Assembly (NCBI GenBank): GCA_030324005.1
Contig: JARDVH010000132.1
Coordinates: forward strand, 99,358,962 to 99,422,961
DNA length: 64,000 bases
Source: Negaprion brevirostris
Taxonomy: Eukaryota
Direction: 5' to 3'
Below, in pieces: positions 36,811 to 49,506 of the stretch; the stretch's first letter is position 1, and each line of letters opens with the position of its first letter. The notes under the pieces were generated by a model, which was given only the letters and a program-made list of their open reading frames with translations, was not told where the DNA came from and did no database searches. The translations under genes and the position numbers were made by a program.

Positions 36811-37113
36811 GCATGGTGGCACAGTGGTTAGCACTGCTGCCTCACAGTGCCAATGACCCAGATTCAAATCCAGGCTTAGGTCATTGGGTAGAATCTGTAC
36901 ATTTTCTCTATGCCTGCATGGGTCTCCTCTGGGTGTTCCATTTTCCTCCCATAATTCCAAAGATGTGGTGGTTAGGTGCACTGACCATGCTAAATTCTCT
37001 CTCAGTGTACCTGAATAGGTGCCAGAGTGTGGCAGTTAGGTGACTTTCACAGTATCTTCATTGCAGTGTCAATGTAAGCCTACTTGTGACACTAATAAAT
37101 AAATTAAAATTAA
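36811..37113 (+). mobile_element. tRNA-derived V-SINE, full length
   Basis: ggtggcacagtggttagcactgctgcctcacag head, gattcaaatcc B-box, V-domain and family tail. Confidence 0.85.
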
Positions 37114-38077
37114 AAAGTTACCTGTATTACCTTTCACAAACTCAGGACAGTCCAAAACAGTTAGCAGCCAGTTAAGTCTCTTTGTGAAGCATTGCCACTG
37201 TTGTAATGAACACTATAATGAATTTGTACTTCTGGTGTCATCTTAAAAGACAGGAGAATATGAGTTAGATGCACAATGAAGTACATTTTTATATGAATAA
37301 CAGGGGAGGCAAAATGTTGCCAGAGATTGACTTTCTATTCGGGGTAACCAGAATATATGACACTGTCAAATATATCAACAATTAGAAAACTGATCACAGT
37401 ACAACAGAACTAGTGCAAGCCCCACATTTCTGATTTTAGTATGTATTTACTGTCAAGACATAGTGAAAAGAAAAGCTGCATATGAAAGGTGACATATGAC
37501 TGGAATTACCAATTCACCACCCAGTTTTTCCTTTGACTTGAAAAATTCACTGTTGACAGAGATGAGATCAACTGGTGTTGGCAGTGATCCCTTCCAAAGC
37601 TACTTTATTTCTAGTTCCTATATTAATGTGGGAAAAAAAGAAAGTATTAGTCAGTTTACTCAGCTGAAATCAACCTGTAAGAATATGTTCAGCTGGATTA
37701 TCAATGAGATTCAGAAAAAAGAAGCAAACTAGAAAAATAGTTAGCCGAGGTACATTGAGAAGAATCAACAATGGTTGGCAGAGTGTATAACACTGAACAT
37801 TTATTTATGAAGATAAAATTAATGGCTAATATCAGGAGGCGGAAATTGAACTATCAAATAAAAGCAGTTTCCTTCTATAGAAAACAGTATTGACCATTAA
37901 GTGGAGAACTTCACTCAAGGTATCTTATTCCCAACATTAAAATAATCTACAACTGCGCAATTGAGCCTTTCTATTTTCAGGCCAGTAATCTTTAAAGGAT
38001 AATATAGTGAATGTTTCATTATTCATTATTTGTCCCACTGGCGGCAGACACAAATGATTTGATCAGTCCTAGTTTGG

Positions 38078-40930
38078 AAGCATTTATTGCCAATCCCTAG
38101 TTGCCCTCAAGAAAGTGGTGGTGGGCTGCCTCCTTTAATTGCTGCAGTCCAGGTTCTGTTGGTTGACTCACAATGCCGTTCGGGAGGGAATTTCAGGATT
38201 TTGACCCAGTGACAGCGAAGGAATGGCAATATAGTTCCAAATCAGGATGGNNNNNNNNNNNNNNNNNNNNNNNNNNNNNNNNNNNNNNNNNNNNNNNNNN
38301 NNNNNNNNNNNNNNNNNNNNNNNNNNNNNNNNNNNNNNNNNNNNNNNNNNNNNNNNNNNNNNNNNNNNNNNNNNNNNNNNNNNNNNNNNNNNNNNNNNNN
38401 NNNNNNNNNNNNNNNNNNNNNNNNNNNNNNNNNNNNNNNNNNNNNNNNNNNNNNNNNNNNNNNNNNNNNNNNNNNNNNNNNNNNNNNNNNNNNNNNNNNN
38501 NNNNNNNNNNNNNNNNNNNNNNNNNNNNNNNNNNNNNNNNNNNNNNNNNNNNNNNNNNNNNNNNNNNNNNNNNNNNNNNNNNNNNNNNNNNNNNNNNNNN
38601 NNNNNNNNNNNNNNNNNNNNNNNNNNNNNNNNNNNNNNNNNNNNNNNNNNNNNNNNNNNNNNNNNNNNNNNNNNNNNNNNNNNNNNNNNNNNNNNNNNNN
38701 NNNNNNNNNNNNNNNNNNNNNNNNNNNNNNNNNNNNNNNNNNNNNNNNNNNNNNNNNNNNNNNNNNNNNNNNNNNNNNNNNNNNNNNNNNNNNNNNNNNN
38801 NNNNNNNNNNNNNNNNNNNNNNNNNNNNNNNNNNNNNNNNNNNNNNNNNNNNNNNNNNNNNNNNNNNNNNNNNNNNNNNNNNNNNNNNNNNNNNNNNNNN
38901 NNNNNNNNNNNNNNNNNNNNNNNNNNNNNNNNNNNNNNNNNNNNNNNNNNNNNNNNNNNNNNNNNNNNNNNNNNTTGGGCCTAAGACACTACCTTAAGGG
39001 ACTCCTGCAGAGATGTCCTGGAGTTGAGATGACTGACCCTCCACAACCATAACCATCTTCCTATATACCAGGTATGAGCCCAATCAATGGAGTGTTTGCC
39101 CCCTGATACCCATTGATTCCAGCTTTGCTAGGGCTCCTTGATGCCACATTCAGTCGAATGCAGCCTTGATGTCAAGGGCTGTCACTCTCACCTGAGCTCT
39201 GGAATCAGCTCTTTTGTCCATGTTTGAACGAAAGCTGTAATGAGGTCAGGAGATAAGTGACAGTGGAAAAAACACAAACTGGGCGGCACTGAGCACATTA
39301 TTGCTGAGCAGGTGCTGCTTGATTGCATTGTTAATGACCCCCTTCCATCACTTTACTGATGATCAAGAGTAGACTGATTGGGCAGTAATTGGCTGAATTG
39401 GATTTGTCTGCTTTTTGTGTACAGGACATACCTGGGCAATTTTCCACATTGTTGGGTAGATGGCAGTGTTGTAACTGCACTGCAAGAGCTCGACTAGGGG
39501 AGTGGCAAGTTCTGGAGCATGTTTTCAGTACTACTGCCGGAATGTTATCAGGCCCCACTGCCTTTGCAGTGCCCCCCCAACCGTTTCTTGGTATCACTTG
39601 GAGTGAATCGAATTGGCTGGAGACAGGCATCTGAGATGCTGGAGACCACTGGAGGCGGCCGAGATGGGTCGTCCACTCGGCACTTCTGGCTGAAGATTGC
39701 TGCTAATGCTTCAGCCTTATCTTTTGCACTGATGTGCTGGGCTCCTCCATCATTGACGTTGGGGATATTTGTGGTGCCTCCTCCTCCAGTGAGTTGTTTA
39801 ATTGTTAATCACCATTCACGACTGGATGTGTGTGGCAAGGCTGCAGAGCTTAGATCTGATCCGTTGGTTGTGGAATCACTTAGCTCTGTCTATCACTTGC
39901 TTGTTATGCCATTTTGCATGCAAGTCGTCCTGTTTCATGGCTTCACCAGGTTGATACCTCACTTGGTACGCCTTGTGCTGCTCCTGGCTTGTTCTCCTGT
40001 GCTCTCCATTGAACCAGGGAGTGGGGGATATGCTGGGTCATGAGTTTGCAGATTGTGCTGGAGTACGGTGCCACTGCTGTTCATGACCCACAGCGTCTCA
40101 TGGATGCCCAGGCTTGAGTTGCTAAATTGGTTCAAAGTCTGTTCTATTGATAGTGCCACACAAGATCGAGATTATTCTCAATGTGAAGGTGGGCTTTGTC
40201 TCCACAAGGACTGTGCAGTGGTTGTTCTTACCGATACTATCATGGACAGATGCACCTGCAGCTGGCAGAATGGTAAGGATGAGGTCAAGAATGCTATTTC
40301 CTCTGGTTGGTTCCTTCATCACCTGCTGCAGACCCAGTCTAGTAGTTTCTCCCTTAGGATCAGTAGTGCTGCTACTGAACCACTCTTGGTGGTGGACATT
40401 GAAATCCCCCACCCAGAGTACGTTTTGTGCCCTTGCTATACTCAGTGCTTCCTCCAAGTGTTGTTCAATATGGAGGAGTACTGATTCATCAACGAAAGGA
40501 GGACGGTACGTGGTAACCAGTAAGAGGTTTCATGTTTAACCTGAAGCCATGGGACTTCATGGGGTCCCGAGTTGATGCTAAGGATTCCCAGGGCAACTCC
40601 CTCCCGACCATATACCACTGTGCCACCACCTTTCTGGTCTGTCCTGCTAGTGGGACAGGACATATCCAGGGATGGTAATGATGGTGTCTGGGGTGTTATC
40701 TGTCAGATATGATTCCATGAGGATGACAATGTCAGGCTGTTGCTTGACTAGTCTCTGAGGCAGCTCTCCCAATGTTAGCACTAACCCCCAGATGTCAATA
40801 AGGAGGACTTTGTAGGTTTGACAGGGCTTTTTGTTTTGCCGTTGTCTTTTCCGGTGCCTAGGTTGATGCCAGGTGGTCCGTCCGGTTTCATTTCTTTATT
40901 GATACTTCGTAGTGATTGATATAACTGATT
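38078..40930 (-). mobile_element. CR1/L2-group LINE, long copy with APE endonuclease and RT relics
   Basis: Minus-strand fragments RTDQKGGGTVVY, VLWVGDFNVHHQEW, PTRGNSILDLILT (APE) and KAVGPDNIP, NYCPISLLLIISKVMEG (RT N-terminal). Contains frameshifts and a ~720-N gap. Confidence 0.85.
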
Positions 40931-41754
40931 CGCAAGTTCAGCATTAACATGAAATCTCACAATGTTTAGCCTTGTTCCATTTAATTGAACAGTGACCGGG
41001 TTTTTCACAGCAATGTCTCAATGTACATATAAGTTGAAATGCTCAGAAACTGAGCCTCAGAGAAATAATAAAATTGTATCAGCAAGGCAAAGATCTCACA
41101 TATTTCAGTATAAATGCAAGATCTCTCTAAGAGTCTAAAATGATTATGAAAGCTCACACAAATGTGAAGCAGGATCTCTCAGGAGAACAAATTCATCCTC
41201 TATTTTATGTGATATGATTAGATGTAAATTAAATCTTTATTCACTGTCACTTTAAATTTATAATATCTATTTAAAAGGGGTCTTTGTCTTCTTGTGGCAG
41301 AGTTAAGATTCTGTCTGTTGACTACAGCACTTGGTGGTAAAGNNNNNNNNNNNNNNNNNNNNNNNNNNNNNNNNNNNNNNNNNNNNNNNNNNNNNNNNNN
41401 NNNNNNNNNNNNNNNNNNNNNNNNNNNNNNNNNNNNNNNNNNNNNNNNNNNNNNNNNNNNNNNNNNNNNNNNNNNNNNNNNNNNNNNNNNNNNNNNNNNN
41501 NNNATGTATCTAAAGTGTATTGCTAAATATAACAAATCCATTCTGAGATTGTCTCTAGAGGCTATACAACAATCATGCAAACATATATTTTATATGGATT
41601 CCCTAACGGTATGGTCATTGCAGCATATATACATTGTATTCAGAGCCTACATTGCAAAGCATTATAACAAGAGACAACTGTAATTGTTTCTGACATAGAT
41701 GGAAGAAAATAGACAAAAATTGAACCAGGGCCTGTGACAGTTAATTTTACAGTT

Positions 41755-42300
41755 TTATTTTCTGTCCATTTCTTCCATGTTTCCTTCCTCTCTATAAATG
41801 AAACAATCTTCACATTTTCTTCTGTTTCCTCTTTATTTTGCCTTCCATTTTCATTTTTATCCATTTACTCTGCATCTCTTTATTTCATCTGATGCATCCA
41901 TCCACTATTTTCATCTTTCCATCTTTGTTCTCTTTTTGTTTCCCATCTTTCATTCCTTTTTTATTTTCTTGACACTTTTCAACATCTGTGTTATTGCATC
42001 TATGGAATTGTTTCTTCCTTCTCTCGTTGCTTCATGTTTTAAATTTCCTTTCTATTGCCATTCCTTCTTCCTTATTCCCTTATCTTTTATGCTATTGAAG
42101 CTCTGTTATTTCCTCAAAATTTGCATCTTAGTTATCCATCTCAACTCATCTTGGATGAGCTTAGAAACACGGAGATGCACATCTCAATTATTCGAGTGAT
42201 TTTACAGTAGCTTTTACACCATTGCAATATGATTTGATATTCATTTATCAATGTACTTTTCTTCCTTTTCCTTTTCCTAGTGCTCTTTATGCCATACCTT
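41755..42300. repeat. Pyrimidine (T/C)-rich low-complexity tract
   Basis: Visible strong T/C skew over ~550 bp. Confidence 0.6.
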
Positions 42301-44124
42301 ATTCTTCAGCAGAGAGGCTGGGAAAATTACTTGCTATAGAACTTCACCAATGATGCTTTGGACACAGCTATACGAAAATAGTGCAGCGCAATTGGTTCTT
42401 TTTTCTCTCTTTCTGTGCACATGTGATTTCCCTGGTGGCACAGATGCCCCATTCTGTGTCGAGACCATACTACACCTGACCTGTGCTAAATATTGACACT
42501 TGGTACAAAGAGAAAGCAAAGTGTTCCATTCACCATCACTAACATTTCTCTTTCCATTTTACACATCGGCCAACCCCCACTTTTTTTATCACCTTTTGTT
42601 GTTTTCGTTTTCGATTGTCTCAATTTTCCTTTTTAACCCCTGCTTTACTTCCATTTATTGAACTGTTCCTCTCTTCTCTCAATCGTTATATTACCTGTGT
42701 AGTAATAAAACAATCAGTTAAATCTTCCCAGACAATAAGGATAAATACTAGTGAGCAATGATCCACTATTCACTTCCACATAAAATCAAAGTGGCATCAG
42801 CATTTTAATTTTACTTCATTTAGTGATAGAATTCAAATGTTAAAAGAGGAATGTTACTGATAGCTAATGGAACACTTTGCTTTTTTTACAGAAAATTTCA
42901 TCAAAGGGCAGTACAATGTGCAAATTGATCAGTTGCAGCTATGATCTAGATTAACTATGCTCAATTATCATAAAATGGACATTTACTGAGGAACCACACA
43001 TGTGAAGCATGCATCACTGACTCAAAAAAACAGTATAATTCAAGATTAGGTTGCCCACCTGAGGACACTTTGCAAGTAGTGTGAGACCACATTGAGAAAG
43101 TTACATTATCTGGGATAAATTCTCTATAGTTTTGATGTTAGTAAGCACTAAAACTGTACAATTAGCTGTTTTTAAATTGCAATATTTTCACCAGTGTACC
43201 TGAATGCATGTTGAAGCACATACAAACAGAGGCTCACTTTGCCAGAGCCATAGCCAGTGTTGAAGCGTATCCAGAGGGAGATGCAAAAAAGGAGTTAGAT
43301 GGTCCTCCAACTGGCTGCTTTCACAGCTGGAAATAGAATTGCCTTTTTGCAGATTCAGCTGTAGAACAGAATAAGAAGAAAACAGACAATCTATATGGTA
43401 GCAAATTAAATGATAGCAGTAAGAGAAAACATTTATATTTATGATCCCCCTCCCCTCATTGAAGAATATGCTCCTCATAATTGATGGTAACCCTTTTATG
43501 ATTAATGGCATCAATATTAATAAAATTTAGGTTGTAAACAAACTAAAATGATTCAAAGCAAATCAATATTCATGGTAGAAGGATATTTATCCTGGGTAGT
43601 CTCAATCAGAAGCAGCCAAACTTTGTGAAACATTGAAATACAGACAATAGCCACCAGGCAGTTGAGAGTTGCAAGACAGGGACAACCATTACAACATATT
43701 TTTATTACCATTGCCCTCCCTATCCAGCTTGAATGGAATGAAGCAACTGTCAGAGTACAAACCCAAGGCCTGCTTCTCAGCCTTCACCACATTCAGCTTC
43801 CCTGACATCACCTGGCCTCACTATCAGTCCCCCTCCAGTCCTGGTCTCACACAAATCTGGCATCATCCTCCCACAGCCGAGGCCACAGAAGTCAAAATGT
43901 CCAGTGGGGAAAGTACTATGTGGAAAGCCTGAAGAATCAATGTTAGAATCTCTATTGTTTCCATTGTTGCGCAGTTTCAGAAACACAATTCAGGCTGAAA
44001 TAATTTTTGCATTTATATCTCTACAAAGCATATGTAAACTTTCCTGATAGAATTTAAAGATACATAAAAGATGTTTCAGGTAAACCACTTCACGACTAAA
44101 GTATCTCAGTTTTATTAATTCTTC

Positions 44125-44335
44125 CATGGGGATGTAGGCATCATTGGCTGGGCCAGCATTTATTGCCCTTGACAGCTGGTGAGTTGCTTTCTTAAAGAAC
44201 TGCTGTCCATGTGGTATAGATACTCTCAGAGCTGTTTGAAAGGGAGCTCCAGGATTTTAACACAGCAGCAGTGAAAGGACCAGTGGTATAGCTCCAGCCA
44301 GGATGGCATGTCGCTTGGAGGGGAACTTGCAGTAG
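44125..44335 (-). mobile_element. 3' fragment of the same CR1/L2-group LINE
   Basis: gccagcatttattgccctt...gggagctccaggatttt matches the 38078-38250 end. Confidence 0.65.
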
Positions 44336-44401
44336 GACAAGAAATTTGGGCTCAATTAATGAAAGTAAAGTTTAACATTGTCAGAAAGTTTGTCACACAA
44401 A

Positions 44402-44527
44402 GGCCCTGATTTTACCGGCACAGCCGCCCCAAAACAGGGGCGGGCGAGGCTCGCAGAAAGGCATTCTCCATTGGCCTTGGGCGTGATCTTAAGAGCCTCT
44501 GGTGGCTGTGCCAGTAAAATCAGAGCC
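44402..44527. mobile_element. 126-bp MITE (PIF/Harbinger-like)
   Basis: 27-bp TIRs ggccctgattttaccggcacagccgcc and ggtggctgtgccagtaaaatcagagcc (24/27 complementary); 3-bp flanks aaa/aaa. Confidence 0.75.
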
Positions 44528-44720
44528 AAAGGGTGATTAATATGTGGTAAGATCTCCATGTGGGTTAGAGTAATGTAGAAAGAAAATCCATATATTATTT
44601 AAGAAATAGATTGAATCCACAACCTTTTTAACATACACTATTTTGCAGGGTTGGATGCAAACTTGGCCTGGAAATATACGTCAGTTTTTAAAAGGTTAGT
44701 TTGTTATAGAAGAATTAGAA

Positions 44721-45268
44721 GTTAAAGTTTATTTTTAAAGTTTATTTATTAATCACAAGTAAGGCTTACTTCTCTGGGCAAAGCAGGAGAAACAAATGTG
44801 CCAGGTTTCCACTCTTACTCAATAACTCATACTGCAAAGTGCACATTCACAGACCTTGGTTGTGTAAATTGTTGGCTCAGCTGTGATACATTGCAACATG
44901 GTTGATATGTACTAACATTTAAATTTTGGTCTGACATATAAAAAATGTTAAATTTCATGTAGTCCTGGGCTACTGCCACTTGAAATGGAAACACATTACA
45001 GTAAAATGAGCTTTGCATAACCAATCACAAATGTACTTTACAATTAAGTTACTGTGAAATTCCCTTAGTTGCCACACTCCGGAGCATGTTCGGGTCAATG
45101 CACCTAACCAATATGGCTTTCAGACTGTGGGAGGAAACCGGNNNNNNNNNNNNNNNNNNNNNNNNNAGAAACTCACACAGGGAGAACTTACAAACTCCAC
45201 ACAGAAGGTGACACAAGTCGGGAATCAAACCCAGGTCCCTGGTGTTGTGAGGCAGCAGTGCTAACCAT
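44721..45268 (-). mobile_element. V-SINE interrupted by a ~275 bp locally templated insertion
   Basis: Tail at 44721-44769 and body at 45046-45268; the intervening sequence duplicates 46281-46520 and 45560-45602. Confidence 0.8.
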
Positions 45269-45761
45269 CCTTATATTCTCCTAATAGTCCTACCTTACAT
45301 TATCTCCAGTTCAATATGTGCATTGCCAAATTTCTGATCATGTAACTTGAAACTATCCTGATAAACCATCAGTTACTGTTTCAGTAATGGTGAAACTTTG
45401 ATCTTGTTATAGAAGAATTAAGCTTCTAATCCTCACAATTCTACTTTGTATGTTGCATTCAAATGAACTAACGATAACTCTTTGCTTTGCCACAAAGATT
45501 CACTACTGTTTTAGAATAATGCCAGAGACAAAGCATGTCATTAAGGTCAAATAGTAGCAAAAATGAGCTTTGTATAACCACTCACAAATGTACTCTATAA
45601 TTACTGTTAGTAATTAATGCAGCTTTACTTGAACATGTTATTCATGCCAAGTCTTCAAATGTTCTCACAGCCCAAATATTAGCTGTGTGATATATATTGT
45701 AAAGTAGACTCAGAAACTTCCAGTTTCAATTCCCCAATCTGCCCTGAGTTAACTGACTTCA

Positions 45762-46252
45762 TTGAATTGATTTGATTTGATTTATTATTGACACATGTAT
45801 TAATTGAAAAGTATTGTTTCTTGTGCGCTATACAGACAAAACATACTGTTCATACAGAAGGAAACAAGACAGTGCAGAATGTAGTGTTACAATCAAAGCT
45901 AGGGTATAGAGAAAGATCAACTTAATTCCAAGTGAGCCCATTCAAAAGTCTGATGGCAGTAGGGAAGAAGCTGTTCTTGAGTTGGTTGGTATGTGACTGC
46001 AGACTTTTGTATCTTTTTCCCGAAGGAAAAAGGTGGAAGAGAGAAATCCAGGGTCTTTAATTATGCTGGCTGCTTTGCTGAGGCAGTGGGAAGTGTAGAT
46101 AGAGACAATGGATGGGAGGCTGGTTTGAGTGATGGATTGGGTTCCATTCACAACCTTTTGCAGAGCAGGAGCCATATCAAGTTGTGATTCAACTAAAAGA
46201 ATGCTTTCTATGGTGCATCTGTAAAAGTTGGTGAGAGTTGCAGCTGACAATG
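45762..46252 (-). mobile_element. Rex1/Babar-type LINE 3' fragment
   Basis: Minus strand TLTNFYRCTIESIL...IYTSHCLSKAASIIKDP matches the Rex1-type RT C-terminus; (TCAAA)n-like tail at 45765-45783. Confidence 0.75.
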
Positions 46253-48947
46253 CCACATAGGTAGCACAAACAGCCACAACTTCCCTGGGCAAAGCCGGAG
46301 AAACAAATACATCAGGTTTCCACTTTTACTCAGTGACTCATACTGCAAAATGCACATGCATAGACCTTGGCTGTGTACATTGTTGGCTCAGCTGTGATAC
46401 ATTGCAGCATGGTTGATTTGTATTAACATTTAGATTTTGGTCTGACATATGAAAATTGTCAGTTTGAATGTAGTCCTGGGCTATTGCCACTTGAAACGGA
46501 AACACATTATATAGTAAAATTCAATTCCTTAAGGAAAAGAGTTGGGATGTAGTGGAGTAAAAGATGGGAAAGATAGTAGCATGAAAAAGTATTTCTTTCA
46601 TTGGATAATATTCAGAGAGAAACAATTATTTGTTCATATTGTCCAGTATTAAATCTCTAATTTCAGATGAATCTTTAAGTAGTACACTGAGCATGCCCTT
46701 TCCTCAGTATATATCACTGCATGGACATAGAGCATATGGCAAGTACAAAATGACATTGTATTGTAGTTGATGTATTTCTGTTTTTATTTATGCATGTGCA
46801 TTTTTGTGGCTTGAAGTACAGCCAAGCCTCATTATTATAAACTCTGATAGATTAATAAAAGGATATTTTCTTATTGAGGTCTGAAGAATTCGACTGGTTA
46901 TGATATTGAAGCTTCAAATGGTATCAAGTAGTTTGTCACAGCAAGGGGTTTATGTATTATTGTTTACAAAAATAATTCTGCTGAAGTGCAAATTACTTAG
47001 TGATCAATCTGATACAGATAAAGTACTTACATTGATCCAAATTTAGAAATAGACTCAACCCACAATGAAAAAGATTCAATTTGATTAAATTGAACGTTGA
47101 TTTACCGTCACTTGAATTAGGCCTGGATCACTTAAATGCTGATCTGAATTACAGTTTCTGATTTGCGTTCGTAAAGAAGCTAACTTGGCTCCACCAGTTA
47201 AGACCAGACTATAAATATGTATTAACGAACAGCAACTATTTACATGGTGATAAGTTTCAATGCTTCCAGATATGACCCTACGGTCTAGCTGCTGGGACAA
47301 GTCCAGACCATTTGGGGGCGGGGTGGGGGGGGGTGGGGTAACGTGTGAAGCCCCACTTCATCTCCCAATTGGTCAACTTGGATCATATGACCCTTTCAGA
47401 CATTTATCCCTTAAAGGGGCCAGACACCACACAATCAAAATTATTGGTTCAATAGTTCCTTTTGTGAAAAAATAACAATACAAGCCAGAACTTACTGCAG
47501 CAAATAGTTCTAAGAACTTGGGCTATGATCCACCAGCTTGAAGTGAAATGGTTTGGAGGGTGCACCATTTCTTTAGTTCTAAAAAGAATGAGTATTTCAC
47601 ATTGCAATTCATCATTTCAAAATGTGAGAGAATTATAATTCTGATCTCAAGTCGTTTTGACAAATTGTTGCTGGGATATAAAATTGTTCACTGTGCCTTA
47701 CAGCCTTTCCAGTTTAACTTGTGTTAACTTCTATTTTTATACTGTGGCAAGTGGATGGTCAGTAACAGAGGGAAGGTACGATGTGACATGTTTGTGAATG
47801 GAGAATTGGAGTTGTGATTACTAGAATTGCAAATGAATGACTTGTTTTGGGAAAATCAAGCCAAAAAGGGGGCTCCATAGATTGCTTCCTCCCTTTCTCT
47901 TCCTTTTCCTCCTCCTGTTTCTCAGTTGTTCACCATGTAGTCAGTGGTAAGGGCTGTAGTGTTTTGATGGTGAGGTTGTGCAGCATGCAACAAATCTTGA
48001 CACCCGCCTTGCTGAGTATTGCAGGACTGTCAATGCTCCATCAAAGTTCTCCAATACTTGGCACATCAGTCTCCGTAGACTTTCAAAACCTCTGGACAGA
48101 ACCAAACAACTGTAGCAAGTATTTGTAGAAATCAATCAGCAACTAAATTGAAAGTACTATTGATTCCTCTAAGTTATGATGGTTGGGTATCTTCTCTGCT
48201 GTGAGTATATGCCCAGACATGTGTAATTAAGAGATGGTGTTACCTCGGGTGTTGAGTTCCAAAATGAAAATTCTGGCACCAGATTAGCCCTGATTGAATC
48301 ATAATCGTCCTGTATTCCATACTTTGTGCAGATGGTCACTACATGCGTACTGACACCCTCACTAACATGGCATCTGGTGCCACTCTTGTGCCATGCATGC
48401 CATTTTAGAGCTTTATGGCTGCTCATAGAGCTCAAAGCAATGTTCCATGCTGCATTACTTCCCTTTATCTTGCAGCATCCTGTGTTCTTCCACCTTTTGT
48501 CTACTTCTAATTTGCCTTTCTCTTCTTTTTGCCTTTGATGGGGAGAAAACCATCATTACCTGTGCATGCTGAAATTCTCTATCTTGACCTTTTTCCATTG
48601 CTGTCTCTTTTCCAGGTGTACAAACCCTCTTCAGATTTCTGTCCATTCATTTCCTCCAAAGCCTCCTCATCTTCCTGTTCAGTGTCAACCACTATCCTTG
48701 TTAAGTGCCACAGGATGTTTTGTTCTTTGAAAGGTGTCATTCAAATGTAATTTTGTTCATTTTCCTGCACGCCAGTGTCCATGATGCTGGCATGTTGATG
48801 CTGGACAGAAATAGAAAAACATTATAACACACCGCCATAGAACATTTACTTGATAATCTCTCTCCTGGTTTTTAAAATCACTTTGCCCCAACATTATGTT
48901 TTTAAGGACATGAAGAAACCAATTTGGTAACTTGCTGAAATTATATA

Positions 48948-49506
48948 CAGTGAAACCCCAATTTTACACACCCTGATTTAGCACGAATCCAGATATCACG
49001 CAATGAATCATTGGATCCTTTTTTTGCTCATTCCGGGGAACTGAAAAGTTTTTGGTGAGTTAATTTCATGTTTTCTTAGATCAAAATGGAACAAACTGCT
49101 TGAAAAAAAAAGTCTTTTTCTGTGAAAGATAAGTTTCACGCACTTGACGTGATGAACACTAGAAGTCAAACTCAAGTTACACAAGACCTCGGGATACTGG
49201 AATCAACACTTCATGGTTGGGAATCTCAAGAAGAAAAATTACGCGCATTGCTTTGTTTTAATTTCTACTGTAACAACAACAATTTATTCTCAAAATTCTT
49301 TAATTAAAAGGTAATTTACATTACAGGTGGTAAACAGGCAAAAAAACAGGACAAATAGGGCGATAGTAGGGGTGTTTTAGGATGTCAGGTCAACATTGGG
49401 TCAGTTTGAACCCTGATTTTTTTGAACCCCAATTTAGCGCGACCCCACTTTCTTCGCGATAACATTTTATGGACCCCAACCATCATGTTATAACGGGGCC
49501 ACACTG
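48948..49506 (+). mobile_element. Non-autonomous Tigger/pogo-type DNA transposon with N-terminal HTH relic
   Basis: TA|cagtgaaacccc...ggggccacactg|TA termini; subterminal repeats accctgatttagc and accccaatttagc. The frame from ATG 49086 reads MEQTA*KKKSFSVKDKFHALDVMNTRSQTQVTQDLGILESTLHGWESQEEKL, similar to a CENP-B/psq-type HTH. Confidence 0.8.

Noticed and set aside
38173-38997. Long ORFs in the track (245-280 aa here and at 57456-58345, 51556-52062)
   Set aside because: They consist almost entirely of X residues from N gaps.
39519-40539. Plus-strand ORFs of 174, 143 and 130 aa
   Set aside because: Antisense frames of the minus-strand LINE.
41798-42199. 133-aa Phe/Leu-rich ORF resembling a membrane protein
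   Set aside because: Product of a T/C-rich low-complexity tract.
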